A DNA stretch of 64,000 nt, from NCBI RefSeq assembly GCF_963921235.1, contig NC_086108.1, positions 117,368,001-117,432,000 of the forward strand. Direction: 5' to 3'. Positions 39,018-51,900 of this stretch are shown here, in pieces; positions within the stretch are counted from its first letter, which is position 1, and every line of letters starts with the position of its first letter. This stretch comes from Mobula hypostoma. Lineage: Eukaryota. Both the position numbers and the translations under genes were made by a program. The notes under the pieces were generated by a model. The model was not told where the DNA came from and did not search any database. It saw nothing but the letters and a program-made list of their open reading frames with translations.

Positions 39018-39936
39018 CTGGGTGGCAGTGTTAGCAGTGAGGAGGATGCTAAGAGGATGCAGGGTGACTTGGATAGGTTGGGTGAGTGGGCAAACTCATG
39101 GAAGATGCAATTTAATGTGGATAAATGTGAAGTTATCCACTTTGGTGGCAAAAATAGGAAAACAGATTATTATCTGAATGGTGGCCGATTAGGAAAAGGG
39201 GAGGTGCAACGAGACCTGGGTGTCATTATACACCAGTCATTGAAAGTGGGCATGCAGGTACAGCAGGCGGTGAAAAAGGCGAATGGTATGCTGGCATTTA
39301 TAGCGAGAGGATTCGAGTACAGGAGCAGGGAGGTACTACTGCAGTTATACAAGGCCTTGGTGAGACCACACCTGGAGTATTGTGTGCAGTTTTGGTCCCC
39401 TAATCTGAGGAAAGACATCTTTGCCATAGAGGGAGTACAAAGAAGGTTCACCAGATTGATTCCTGGGATGGCAGGACTTTCATATGAAGAAAGACTGGAT
39501 GAACTGGGCTTGTACTCTTTGGAATTTAGAAGATTGAGGTGGGATCTGATTGAAACGTATAAGATCCTAAAGGGATTGGACAGGCTAGATGCAGGAAGAT
39601 TGTTCCCGATGTTGGGGAAGTCCAGAACGAGGGGTCACAGTTTGAGGATAGAGGGGAAGCCTTTTAGGACCGAGATTAGGAAAAACTTCTTCACACAGAG
39701 AGTGATGAATCTGTGGAATTCTCTGCCACAGCAAACTGTTGAGGCCAGTTCATTGGTTATGTTTAAAAGGGAGTTAGATATGGCCCTTGTGGCTACGGGG
39801 GTCAGGGGGTATGGAGGGAAGGCTGGGGCGGGGTTCTGAGTTGGATGATCAGCCATGATCATAATAAATGGCGGTGCAGGCTCAAAGGGCCGAATGGCCT
39901 ACTCCTGCACCTATCTTCTATGTTTCTATGTTTCTA
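39018..39936 (+). mobile_element. 919-bp CR1 3' fragment, copy 2 of 3
   Basis: Same translation and junctions as copy 1 (offset 4614). Confidence 0.93.
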
Positions 39937-42048
39937 TAAAGGGAGTGTGTGATACAGGGAGATAGCGTGTTTAAAGGGAGTGTGTGATACAGGGAGATAG
40001 CGTGTTTAAAGGGAGTGTGTGATACAGGGAGATAGCGTGTTTAAAGGGAGTGTGTGATACAGGGAGATAGCGTGTTTAAAGGGAGTGTGTGATACAGGGA
40101 GATAGCGTGTTTAAAGGGAGTGTGTGATACAGGGAGGTAGCGTGTTTAAAGGGAGTGTGTGATACAGGGAGCCAGTGTGTTTAAAGGGAGTGTGTGATTC
40201 AGGGAGGTAGCGTGTTTAAAGGGAGTGTGTGATACAGGGAGATAGCGTGTTTAAAGGGAGTGTGTGATACAGGGAGATAGCGTGTTTAAAGGGAGTGTGT
40301 GACACAGGGAGAAAGTGTGTTTAAAGGGAGTGTGTGATACAGGGGGATAGTGTGTTTAAAGGGAGTGTGTGATACAGGGAGATAGCGTGTTTAAAGGGAG
40401 TGTGTGATACAGGGAGATAGCCTGTTTAAAGGGAGTGTGTGATACAGGGAGATAGCGTGTTTAAAGGGAGTGTGTGATACAGGGAGATAGCGTGTTTAAA
40501 GGGAGTGTGTGATACAGGGAGATAGCGTGTTTAAAGGGAGTGTGTGATACAGGGAGATAGCGTGTTTAAAGGGAGTGTGTGATACAGGGAGATAGTGTGT
40601 TTAAAGGGAGTGTGTGATACAGGGAGCCAGTGTGTTTAAAGGGAGTGTGTGATTCAGGGAGGTAGCGTGTTTAAAGGGAGTGTGTGATACAGGGAGATAG
40701 CGTGTTTAAAGGGAGTGTGTGATACAGGGAGATAGCGTGTTTAAAGGGAGTGTGTGATACAGGGAGATAGCGTGTTTAAAGGGAGTGTGTGATACAGGGT
40801 GATAGCGTGTTTAAAGGGAGTGTGTGACACAGGGAGAAAGTGTGTTTAAAGGGAGTGTGTGATACAGGGAGATAGTGTGTTTAAAGGGAGTGTGTGATAC
40901 AGGGAGATAGCGTGTTTAAAGGGAGTGTGTGATACAGGGAGATAGCCTGTTTAAAGGGAGTGTGTGATACAGGGAGATAGCGTGTTTAAAGGGAGTGTGT
41001 GATACAGGGCGATAGCGTGTTTAAAGGGAGTGTGTGATACAGGGAGATAGTGTGTTTAAAGGGAGTGTGTGATACAGGGAGATAGTGTGTTTAAAGGGAG
41101 TGTGTGATACAGGGAGATAGTGTGTTTAAAGGGAGTGTGTGATACAGGGAGATAGTGTGTTGAAAAGCAATGGGGGAAAAAGGAACTATTGTGTTCAAAG
41201 GAGTGGGAAACAGGGACCTCATGAATTTAAAGGGATTGTGGTGAACAGGGAACCAGTGTGTTTAAAAAGGTTTGGGAAACAGGGAGCTTGTGTTTGTCAA
41301 GGGAGTGTAGAAATCAGGGAGCCAGTGTGATTAAGGGATTGTCTGGACAGGGAGTTAGTGTGTTTCAATACATGGGGGGAACAGGGAGCCAGTAATGTCC
41401 AAAGGGTCTGTGCAAAACAGTAGCCTATGCGTTTTAAAGGAGTGTCAGAAACTGAGATCGAACGTGTTTAAAGGGAATGTGGGAAACAGGGAGCCTGGGC
41501 GTTGAAAAACCTGTATGCTTAAAAGGTAGTGTGGAAACAGGGAAGCCGGTATATTTAGTAAGTAGTGAAGGAAACAGGAATCCTGCGTGTTTAAAAGGAG
41601 AGTGAAACAAGGAGCAAGTCTGCTTAAAGGGAATGTGGGATCACGGAGCCATTATGTTTAAAGGGAGGGTGAGAAACAGGGAGCCAGTGTGTTTAAAGGG
41701 AGTGTGGGGAACAGGGAGCCAGTGTGTTTAAAGGGAGTGTGTAATACAGGGAGATAGTGTGTTTAAAGGGAGTGTGTGATACAGGGAGCCAGTGTGTTTA
41801 AAGGGAGTGTGTGATTCAGGGAGGTAGCGTGTTTAAAGGGAGTGTGTGAGACAGGGAGATAGCGTGTTTAAAGGGAGTGTGTGATACAGGGAGATAGCGT
41901 GTTTAAAGGGAGTGTGTGATTCAGGGAGGTAGCATGTTTAAAGGGAGTGTGTGATACAGGGAGATAGCGTGTTTAAAGGGAGTGTGTGATACAGGGAGAT
42001 AGCGTGTTTAAAGGGAGTGTGTGATACAGGGAGATAGCATGTTTAAAG

Positions 42049-42967
42049 CTGGGTGGCAGTGTTAGCAGTGAGGAGGATGCTAAGAGGATGCAGGGTGACT
42101 TGGATAGGTTGGGTGAGTGGGCAAACTCATGGAAGATGCAATTTAATGTGGATAAATGTGAAGTTATCCACTTTGGTGGCAAAAATAGGAAAACAGATTA
42201 TTATCTGAATGGTGGCCGATTAGGAAAAGGGGAGGTGCAACGAGACCTGGGTGTCATTATACACCAGTCATTGAAAGTGGGCATGCAGGTACAGCAGGCG
42301 GTGAAAAAGGCGAATGGTATGCTGGCATTTATAGCGAGAGGATTCGAGTACAGGAGCAGGGAGGTACTACTGCAGTTATACAAGGCCTTGGTGAGACCAC
42401 ACCTGGAGTATTGTGTGCAGTTTTGGTCCCCTAATCTGAGGAAAGACATCTTTGCCATAGAGGGAGTACAAAGAAGGTTCACCAGATTGATTCCTGGGAT
42501 GGCAGGACTTTCATATGAAGAAAGACTGGATGAACTGGGCTTGTACTCTTTGGAATTTAGAAGATTGAGGTGGGATCTGATTGAAACGTATAAGATCCTA
42601 AAGGGATTGGACAGGCTAGATGCAGGAAGATTGTTCCCGATGTTGGGGAAGTCCAGAACGAGGGGTCACAGTTTGAGGATAGAGGGGAAGCCTTTTAGGA
42701 CCGAGATTAGGAAAAACTTCTTCACACAGAGAGTGATGAATCTGTGGAATTCTCTGCCACAGCAAACTGTTGAGGCCAGTTCATTGGTTATGTTTAAAAG
42801 GGAGTTAGATATGGCCCTTGTGGCTACGGGGGTCAGGGGGTATGGAGGGAAGGCTGGGGCGGGGTTCTGAGTTGGATGATCAGCCATGATCATAATAAAT
42901 GGCGGTGCAGGCTCAAAGGGCCGAATGGCCTACTCCTGCACCTATCTTCTATGTTTCTATGTTTCTA
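42049..42967 (+). mobile_element. 919-bp CR1 3' fragment, copy 3 of 3
   Basis: Same translation and junctions as copy 1 (offset 7645). Confidence 0.93.
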
Positions 42968-45900
42968 TAAAGGGAGTGTGTGATACAGGGAGATAGCGTG
43001 TTTAAAGGGAGTGTGTGATACAGGGAGATAGCGTGTTTAAAGGGAGTGTGTGATACAGGGAGATAGCGTGTTTAAAGGGAGTGTGTGATACAGGGAGATA
43101 GCGTGTTTAAAGGGAGTGTGTGATACAGGGAGATAGCGTGTTTAAAGGGAGTGTGTGATACAGGGAGGTAGCGTGTTTAAAGGGAGTGTGTGATACAGGG
43201 AGCCAGTGTGTTTAAAGGGAGTGTGTGATTCAGGGAGGTAGCGTGTTTAAAGGGAGTGTGTGATACAGGGAGATAGCGTGTTTAAAGGGAGTGTGTGATA
43301 CAGGGAGATAGCGTGTTTAAAGGGAGTGTGTGACACAGGGAGAAAGTGTGTTTAAAGGGAGTGTGTGATACAGGGGGATAGTGTGTTTAAAGGGAGTGTG
43401 TGATACAGGGAGATAGCGTGTTTAAAGGGAGTGTGTGATACAGGGAGATAGCCTGTTTAAAGGGAGTGTGTGATACAGGGAGATAGCGTGTTTAAAGGGA
43501 GTGTGTGATACAGGGAGATAGCGTGTTTAAAGGGAGTGTGTGATACAGGGAGATAGCGTGTTTAAAGGGAGTGTGTGATACAGGGAGATAGCGTGTTTAA
43601 AGGGAGTGTGTGATACAGGGAGATAGTGTGTTTAAAGGGAGTGTGTGATACAGGGAGCCAGTGTGTTTAAAGGGAGTGTGTGATTCAGGGAGGTAGCGTG
43701 TTTAAAGGGAGTGTGTGATACAGGGAGATAGCGTGTTTAAAGGGAGTGTGTGATACAGGGAGATAGCGTGTTTAAAGGGAGTGTGTGATACAGGGAGATA
43801 GCGTGTTTAAAGGGAGTGTGTGATACAGGGTGATAGCGTGTTTAAAGGGAGTGTGTGACACAGGGAGAAAGTGTGTTTAAAGGGAGTGTGTGATACAGGG
43901 AGATAGTGTGTTTAAAGGGAGTGTGTGATACAGGGAGATAGCGTGTTTAAAGGGAGTGTGTGATACAGGGAGATAGCCTGTTTAAAGGGAGTGTGTGATA
44001 CAGGGAGATAGCGTGTTTAAAGGGAGTGTGTGATACAGGGCGATAGCGTGTTTAAAGGGAGTGTGTGATACAGGGAGATAGTGTGTTTAAAGGGAGTGTG
44101 TGATACAGGGAGATAGTGTGTTTAAAGGGAGTGTGTGATACAGGGAGATAGTGTGTTTAAAGGGAGTGTGTGATACAGGGAGATAGTGTGTTTAAAGGGA
44201 GTGTGTGATACAGGGAGATAGCGTGTTTAAAAGCAATGGGGGAAAAAGGAACTACTGTGTTCAAAGGAGTGGTAAACAGGGACCTCATGAATTTAAAGGG
44301 ATTGTGGTGAACAGGGAACCAGTGTGTTTAAAAAGGTTTGGGAAACAGGGAGCTTGTGTTTGTCAAGGGAGTGTAGAAATCAGGGAGCCAGTGTGATTAA
44401 GGGATTGTCTGGACAGGGAGTTAGTGTGTTTAAATACATGGGGGGAACAGGGAGCCAGTAATGTCCAAAGGGTCTGTGCAAAACAGTAGCCTATGTGTTT
44501 TAAAGGAGTGTCAGAAACTGAGATCGAACGTGTTTACAGGGAATGTGGGAAACAGGGAGCCTGGGCGTTGAAAAGCCTGTATGCTTAAAAAGTAGTGTGG
44601 AAACAGGGAAGCCGGTATGTTTAGTAAGTAGTGAAGGAAATAGGGACCCTGCGTGTTAAAAAGGAGAGTGAAACAAGGAGCAAGTCTGCTTAAAGGGAAT
44701 GTGGGATCAGGGAGCCATTGTGTTTAAAGGGAAGGTGAGAAACAGGGAGCCAGTGTGTTTAAAGGGAGTGTGGGGAACAGGGAGCCAGTGTGTTTAAAGG
44801 GAGTGTGTGATACAGGGAGATAGCGTGTTTAAAGGGAGTGTGTGATACAGGGAGATAGCATGTTTAATGGGGAGTGTGTGATACAGGGAGATAGCGTGTT
44901 TAAAGGGAGTGTGTGATAAAGGGAGATAGCGTGTTTAGAGGGAGTGTGTGATACAGGGAAATAGCATGTTTAAAGGGAGTGTGTGATACAGGGAGCCAGT
45001 GAGTTTAAAGGGAGTGTGTGATACAGGGAGCCAGTGTGTTTCAAGGGAGTGTGTGATACAGGGAGCCAGGGTGTTTAAAGGGAGTGTGTGATACAGGGAG
45101 ATAGCGTGTTTACAGGGAGTGAGTGATACAGGGAGATAGTGTGTTTAAAGGGAGTGTGAGATACAGGGAGATAGCGTGTTTAAAGGGAGTGTGTGATACA
45201 GGGAGATAGCCTGTTCAAAGGGAGTGTGTGATACAGGGAGATAGCGTGTTTAAAGGGAGTGTGTGATACAGGGAGATAGCGTGTTTAAAGGGAGTGTGTG
45301 ATACAGGGAGCCAGTATGTTTAAAGGGAGTGTGTGATACAGGGAGATAGTGTTTTTAAAGGGAGTGTGTGATACAGGGAGATAGCGTGTTTAAAGGGAGT
45401 GTGTGATACAGGGAGATAGCGTGTTTAAAGGGAGTGTGTGATACAGGGAGATAGCGTGTTTAAAGGGAGTGTGTGATACAGGGAGATAGCGTGTTTAAAG
45501 GGAGTGTGTGATACAGGGAGCCAGTATGTTTAAAGGGAGTGTGTGATACAGGGAGATAGTGTTTTTAAAGGGAGTGTGTGATACAGGGAGATAGCGTGTT
45601 TAAAGGGAGTGTGTGATACAGGGAGATAGCGTGTTTAAAGGGAGTGTGTGATACAGGGAGATAGCGTGTTTAAGGGGAGTGTGTGATACAGGATGATAGC
45701 GTGTTTAAAGGGAGTGTGTGACACAGGGAGAAAGTGTGTTTAAAGGGAGTGTGTGATACAGGGAGATAGCGTGTTTAAAGGGAGTGTGTGATACAGGGAG
45801 ATAGCGTGTTTAAAGGGAGTGTGTGATACAGGGAGATAGCCTGTTTAAAGGGAGTGTGTGATACAGGGAGATAGCGTGTTTAAAGGGAGTGTGTGATACA

Positions 45901-48900
45901 GGGAGATAGTGTGTTTAAAGGGAGTGTGTGATACAGGGCGATAGCGTGTTTAAAGGGAGTGTGTGATACAGGGAGATAGTGTGTTTAAAGGGAGTGTGTG
46001 ATACAGGGAGATAGTGTGTTTAAAGGGAGTGTGTGATACAGGGAGATAGTGTGTTTAAAGGGAGTGTGTGATACAGGGAGATAGTGTGTTTAAAGGGAGT
46101 GTGTGATACAGGGAGATAGCGTGTTTAAAAGCAATGGGGGAAAAAGGAACTACTGTGTTCAAAGGAGTGGGAAACAGGGACCTCATGAATTTAACGGGAT
46201 TGTGGTGAACAGGGAACCAGTGTGTTTAAAAAGGTTTGGGAAACAGGGAGCTTGTGTTTGTCAAGGGAGTGTAGAAATCAGGGAGCCAGTGTGATTAAGG
46301 GATTGTCTGGACAGGGAGTTAGTGTGTTTAAATACATGGGGGGAACAGGGAGCCAGTAATGTCCAAAGGGTCTGTGCAAAACAGTAGCCTATGTGTTTTA
46401 AAGGAGTGTCATAAACTGAGATCGAACGTGTTTACAGGGAATGTGGGAAACAGGGAGCCTGGGCGTTGAAAAGCCTGTATGCTTAAAAAGTAGTGTGGAA
46501 ACAGGGAAGCCGGTATGTTCAGTAAGTAGTGAAGGAAATAGGGACCCTGCGTGTTAAAAAGGAGAGTGAAACAAGGAGCAAGTCTGCTTAAAGGGAATGT
46601 GGGATCAGGGAGCCATTGTGTTTAAAGGGAAGGTGAGAAACAGGCAGCCAGTGTGTTTAAAGGGAGTGTGGGGAACAGGGAGCCAGTGTGTTTAAAGGGA
46701 GTGTGTGATACAGGGAGATAGCGTGTTTAAAGGGAGTGTGTGATACAGGGAGATAGCATGTTTAATGGGGAGTGTGTGATACAGGGAGATAGCGTGTTTA
46801 GAGGGAGTGTGTGATACAGGGAAATAGCATGTTTAAAGGGAGTGTGTGATACAGGGAGCCAGTGAGTTTAAAGGGAGTGTGTGATACAGGGAGCCAGTGT
46901 GTTTCAAGGGAGTGTGTGATACAGGGAGCCAGTGTGTTTAAAGGGAGTGTGTGATACAGGGAGATAGCCTGTTTAAAGGGAGTGTGTGATACAGGGAGAT
47001 AGCGTGTTTAAAGGGAGTGTGTGATACAGGGAAATAGCGTGTTTAAAGGGAGTGTGTGATACAGGGAGCCAGTATGTTTAAAGGGAGTGTGTGATACAGG
47101 GAGATAGTGTGTTTAAAGGGAGTGTGTGATACAGGGAGATAGTGTGTTTAAAGGGAGTGTATGATACAGGGAGATAGCGTGTTTAAAGGGAGTGTGTGAT
47201 ACAGGGAGCCAGTGTGTTTAAAGGGAGTGTGTGATTCAGGGAGGTAGCGTGTTTAAAGGGAGTGTGTGATACAGGGAGATAGCGTGTTTAAAGGGAGTGT
47301 GTGATACAGGGAGATAGCGTGTTTAAAGGGAGTGTGTGACACAGGGAGAAAGTGTGTTTAAAGGGAGTGTGTGATACAGGGGGATAGTGTGTTTAAAGGG
47401 AGTGTGTGATACAGGGAGATAGCGTGTTTAAAGGGAGTGTGTGATACAGGGAGATAGCCTGTTTAAAGGGAGTGTGTGATACAGGGAGATAGCGTGTTTA
47501 AAGGGAGTGTGTGATACAGGGAGATAGCGTGTTTAAAGGGAGTGTGTGATACAGGGAGATAGCGTGTTTAAAGGGAGTGTGTGATACAGGGAGATAGCGT
47601 GTTTAAAGGGAGTGTGTGATACAGGGAGATAGTGTGTTTAAAGGGAGTGTGTGATACAGGGAGCCAGTGTGTTTAAAGGGAGTGTGTGATTCAGGGAGGT
47701 AGCGTGTTTAAAGGGAGTGTGTGATACAGGGAGATAGCGTGTTTAAAGGGAGTGTGTGATACAGGGAGATAGCGTGTTTAAAGGGAGTGTGTGATACAGG
47801 GAGATAGCGTGTTTAAAGGGAGTGTGTGATACAGGGTGATAGCGTGTTTAAAGGGAGTGTGTGACACAGGGAGAAAGTGTGTTTAAAGGGAGTGTGTGAT
47901 ACAGGGAGATAGTGTGTTTAAAGGGAGTGTGTGATACAGGGAGATAGCGTGTTTAAAGGGAGTGTGTGATACAGGGAGATAGCCTGTTTAAAGGGAGTGT
48001 GTGATACAGGGAGATAGCGTGTTTAAAGGGAGTGTGTGATACAGGGCGATAGCGTGTTTAAAGGGAGTGTGTGATACAGGGAGATAGCGTGTTTAAAGGG
48101 AGTGTGTGATACAGGGAGATAGTGTGTTTAAAGGGAGTGTGTGATACAGGGAGATAGTGTGTTTAAAGGGAGTGTGTGATACAGGGAGATAGTGTGTTTA
48201 AAGGGAGTGTGTGATACAGGGAGATAGCGTGTTTAAAAGCAATGGGGGAAAAAGGAACTACTGTGTTCAAAGGAGTGGTAAACAGGGACCTCATGAATTT
48301 AAAGGGATTGTGGTGAACAGGGAACCAGTGTGTTTAAAAAGGTTTGGGAAACAGGGAGCTTGTGTTTGTCAAGGGAGTGTAGAAATCAGGGAGCCAGTGT
48401 GATTAAGGGATTGTCTGGACAGGGAGTTAGTGTGTTTAAATACATGGGGGGAACAGGGAGCCAGTAATGTCCAAAGGGTCTGTGCAAAACAGTAGCCTAT
48501 GTGTTTTAAAGGAGTGTCAGAAACTGAGATCGAACGTGTTTACAAGGAATGTGGGAAACAGGGAGCCTGGGCGTTGAAAAGCCTGTATGCTTAAAAAGTA
48601 GTGTGGAAACAGGGAAGCCGGTATGTTTAGTAAGTAGTGAAGGAAATAGGGACCCTGCGTGTTAAAAAGGAGAGTGAAACAAGGAGCAAGTCTGCTTAAA
48701 GGGAATGTGGGATCAGGGAGCCATTGTGTTTAAAGGGAAGGTGAGAAACAGGGAGCCAGTGTGTTTAAAGGGAGTGTGGGGAACAGGGAGCCAGTGTGTT
48801 TAAAGGGAGTGTGTGATACAGGGAGATAGCGTGTTTAAAGGGAGTGTGTGATACAGGGAGATAGCATGTTTAATGGGGAGTGTGTGATACAGGGAGATAG

Positions 48901-51900
48901 CGTGTTTAAAGGGAGTGTGTGATAAAGGGAGATAGCGTGTTTAGAGGGAGTGTGTGATACAGGGAAATAGCATGTTTAAAGGGAGTGTGTGATACAGGGA
49001 GACAGTGAGTTTAAAGGGAGTGTGTGATACAGGGAGCCAGTGTGTTTCAAGGGAGTGTGTGATACAGGGAGCCAGTGTGTTTAAAGGGAGTGTGTGATAC
49101 AGGGAGATAGCATGTTTACAGGGAGTGAGTGATACAGGGAGATAGTGTGTTTAAAGGGAGTGTGAGATACAGGGAGATAGCGTGTTTAAAGGGAGTGTGT
49201 GATACAGGGAGATAGCCTGTTCAAAGGGAGTGTGTGATACAGGGAGATAGCGTGTTTAAAGGGAGTGTGTGATACAGGGAGATAGCGTGTTTAAAGGGAG
49301 TGTGTGATACAGGGAGCCAGTATGTTTAAAGGGAGTGTGTGATACAGGGAGATAGTGTTTTTAAAGGGAGTGTGTGATACAGGGAGATAGCGTGTTTAAA
49401 GGGAGTGTGTGATACAGGGAGATAGCGTGTTTAAAGGGAGTGTGTGATACAGGGAGATAGCGTGTTTAAAGGGAGTGTGTGATACAGGGAGATAGCGTGT
49501 TTAAAGGGAGTGTGTGATACAGGGAGCCAGTATGTTTAAAGGGAGTGTGTGATACAGGGAGATAGTGTTTTTAAAGGGAGTGTGTGATACAGGGAGATAG
49601 CGTGTTTAAAGGGAGTGTGTGATACAGGGAGATAGCGTGTTTAAAGGGAGTGTGTGATACAGGGAGATAGCGTGTTTAAGGGGAGTGTGTGATACAGGAT
49701 GATAGCGTGTTTAAAGGGAGTGTGTGACACAGGGAGAAAGTGTGTTTAAAGGGAGTGTGTGATACAGGGAGATAGCGTGTTTAAAGGGAGTGTGTGATAC
49801 AGGGAGATAGCGTGTTTAAAGGGAGTGTGTGATACAGGGAGATAGCCTGTGTTTAAAGGGAGTGTGTGATACAGGGAGATAGCGTGTTTAAAGGGAGTGT
49901 GTGATACAGGGAGATAGTGTGTTTAAAGGGAGTGTGTGATACAGGGCGATAGCGTGTTTAAAGGGAGTGTGTGATACAGGGAGATAGTGTGTTTAAAGGG
50001 AGTGTGTGATACAGGGAGATAGTGTGTTTAAAGGGAGTGTGTGATACAGGGAGATAGTGTGTTTAAAGGGAGTGTGTGATACAGGGAGATAGTGTGTTTA
50101 AAGGGAGTGTGTGATACAGGGAGATAGCGTGTTTAAAAGCAATGGGGGAAAAAGGAACTACTGTGTTCAAAGGAGTGGGAAACAGGGACCTCATGAATTT
50201 AACGGGATTGTGGTGAACAGGGAACCAGTGTGTTTAAAAAGGTTTGGGAAACAGGGAGCTTGTGTTTGTCAAGGGAGTGTAGAAATCAGGGAGCCAGTGT
50301 GATTAAGGGATTGTCTGGACAGGGAGTTAGTGTGTTTAAATACATGGGGGGAACAGGGAGCCAGTAATGTCCAAAGGGTCTGTGCAAAACAGTAGCCTAT
50401 GTGTTTTAAAGGAGTGTCATAAACTGAGATCGAACGTGTTTACAGGGAATGTGGGAAACAGGGAGCCTGGGCGTTGAAAAGCCTGTATGCTTAAAAAGTA
50501 GTGTGGAAACAGGGAAGCCGGTATGTTCAGTAAGTAGTGAAGGAAATAGAGACCCTGCGTGTTAAAAAGGAGAGTGAAACAAGGAGCAAGTCTGCTTAAA
50601 GGGAATGTGGGATCAGGGAGCCATTGTGTTTAAAGGGAAGGTGAGAAACAGGCAGCCAGTGTGTTTAAAGGGAGTGTGGGGAACAGGGAGCCAGTGTGTT
50701 TAAAGGGAGTGTGTGATACAGGGAGATAGCGTGTTTAAAGGGAGTGTGTGATACAGGGAGATAGCATGTTTAATGGGGAGTGTGTGATACAGGGAGATAG
50801 CGTGTTTAGAGGGAGTGTGTGATACAGGGAAATAGCATGTTTAAAGGGAGTGTGTGATACAGGGAGCCAGTGAGTTTAAAGGGAGTGTGTGATACAGGGA
50901 GCCAGTGTGTTTCAAGGGAGTGTGTGATACAGGGAGCCAGTGTGTTTAAAGGGAGTGTGTGATACAGGGAGATAGCCTGTTTAAAGGGAGTGTGTGATAC
51001 AGGGAGATAGCGTGTTTAAAGGGAGTGTGTGATACAGGGAAATAGCGTGTTTAAAGGGAGTGTGTGATACAGGGAGCCAGTATGTTTAAAGGGAGTGTGT
51101 GATACAGGGAGATAGTGTGTTTAAAGGGAGTGTGTGATACAGGGAGATAGTGTGTTTAAAGGGAGTGTATGATACAGGGAGATAGCGTGTTTAAAGGGAG
51201 TGTGAGATTCAGGGAGATAGCGTGTTTAAAGGGAGTGTGTGATACAGGGAGATAGCGTGTTTAAAGGGAGTGTGTGATACAGGGAGCCAGTGTGTTTAAA
51301 GGGAGTGTGTGATTCAGGGAGGTAGCGTGTTTAAAGGGAGTGTTTGATACAGGGAGATAGCGTGTTTAAAGGGAGTGTGTGATACAGGGAGATAGCGTGT
51401 TTAAAGGGAGTGTGTGATAGAGGGAGCCAGTGTGTTTAAAGGGAGTGTGTGATTCAGGGAGGTAGCGTGTTTAAAGGGAGTGTGTGATACAGGGAGATAG
51501 CGTGTTTAAAGGGAGTGTTTAATACAGGGAGATAGCGTGTTTAAATGCAGTGTGTGATACAGGGAGATAGCGTGTTTAAAAGGAGTGTGTGATATAGGGA
51601 GATAGCGTGTTTAAAGGGAGTGTGTGATACAGGGAGATAGCGTGTTTAAAGGGAGTGTGTGATACAGGGAGATAGCGCGTTTAAAAGCAATGGGGGAAAA
51701 AGGAACTATTGTGTTCAAAGGAGTGGGAAACAGGGACCTCATGAATTTAAAGGGATTGTGGTGAACAGGGAACCAGTGTGTTTAAAAAGGTTTGGGAAAC
51801 AGGGAGCTTGTGTTTGTCAAGGGAGTGTAGAAATCAGGGAGCCAGTGTGATTAAGGGATTGTCTGGACAGGGAGTTAGTGTGTTTAAATACATGGGGGGA

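Noticed and set aside
34443..42870. Three intact 260-aa ORFs as a functional or domesticated gene
   Set aside because: They are the CR1 ORF2 C-terminus beginning after the catalytic DD motif; intactness is explained by recent insertion and duplication.
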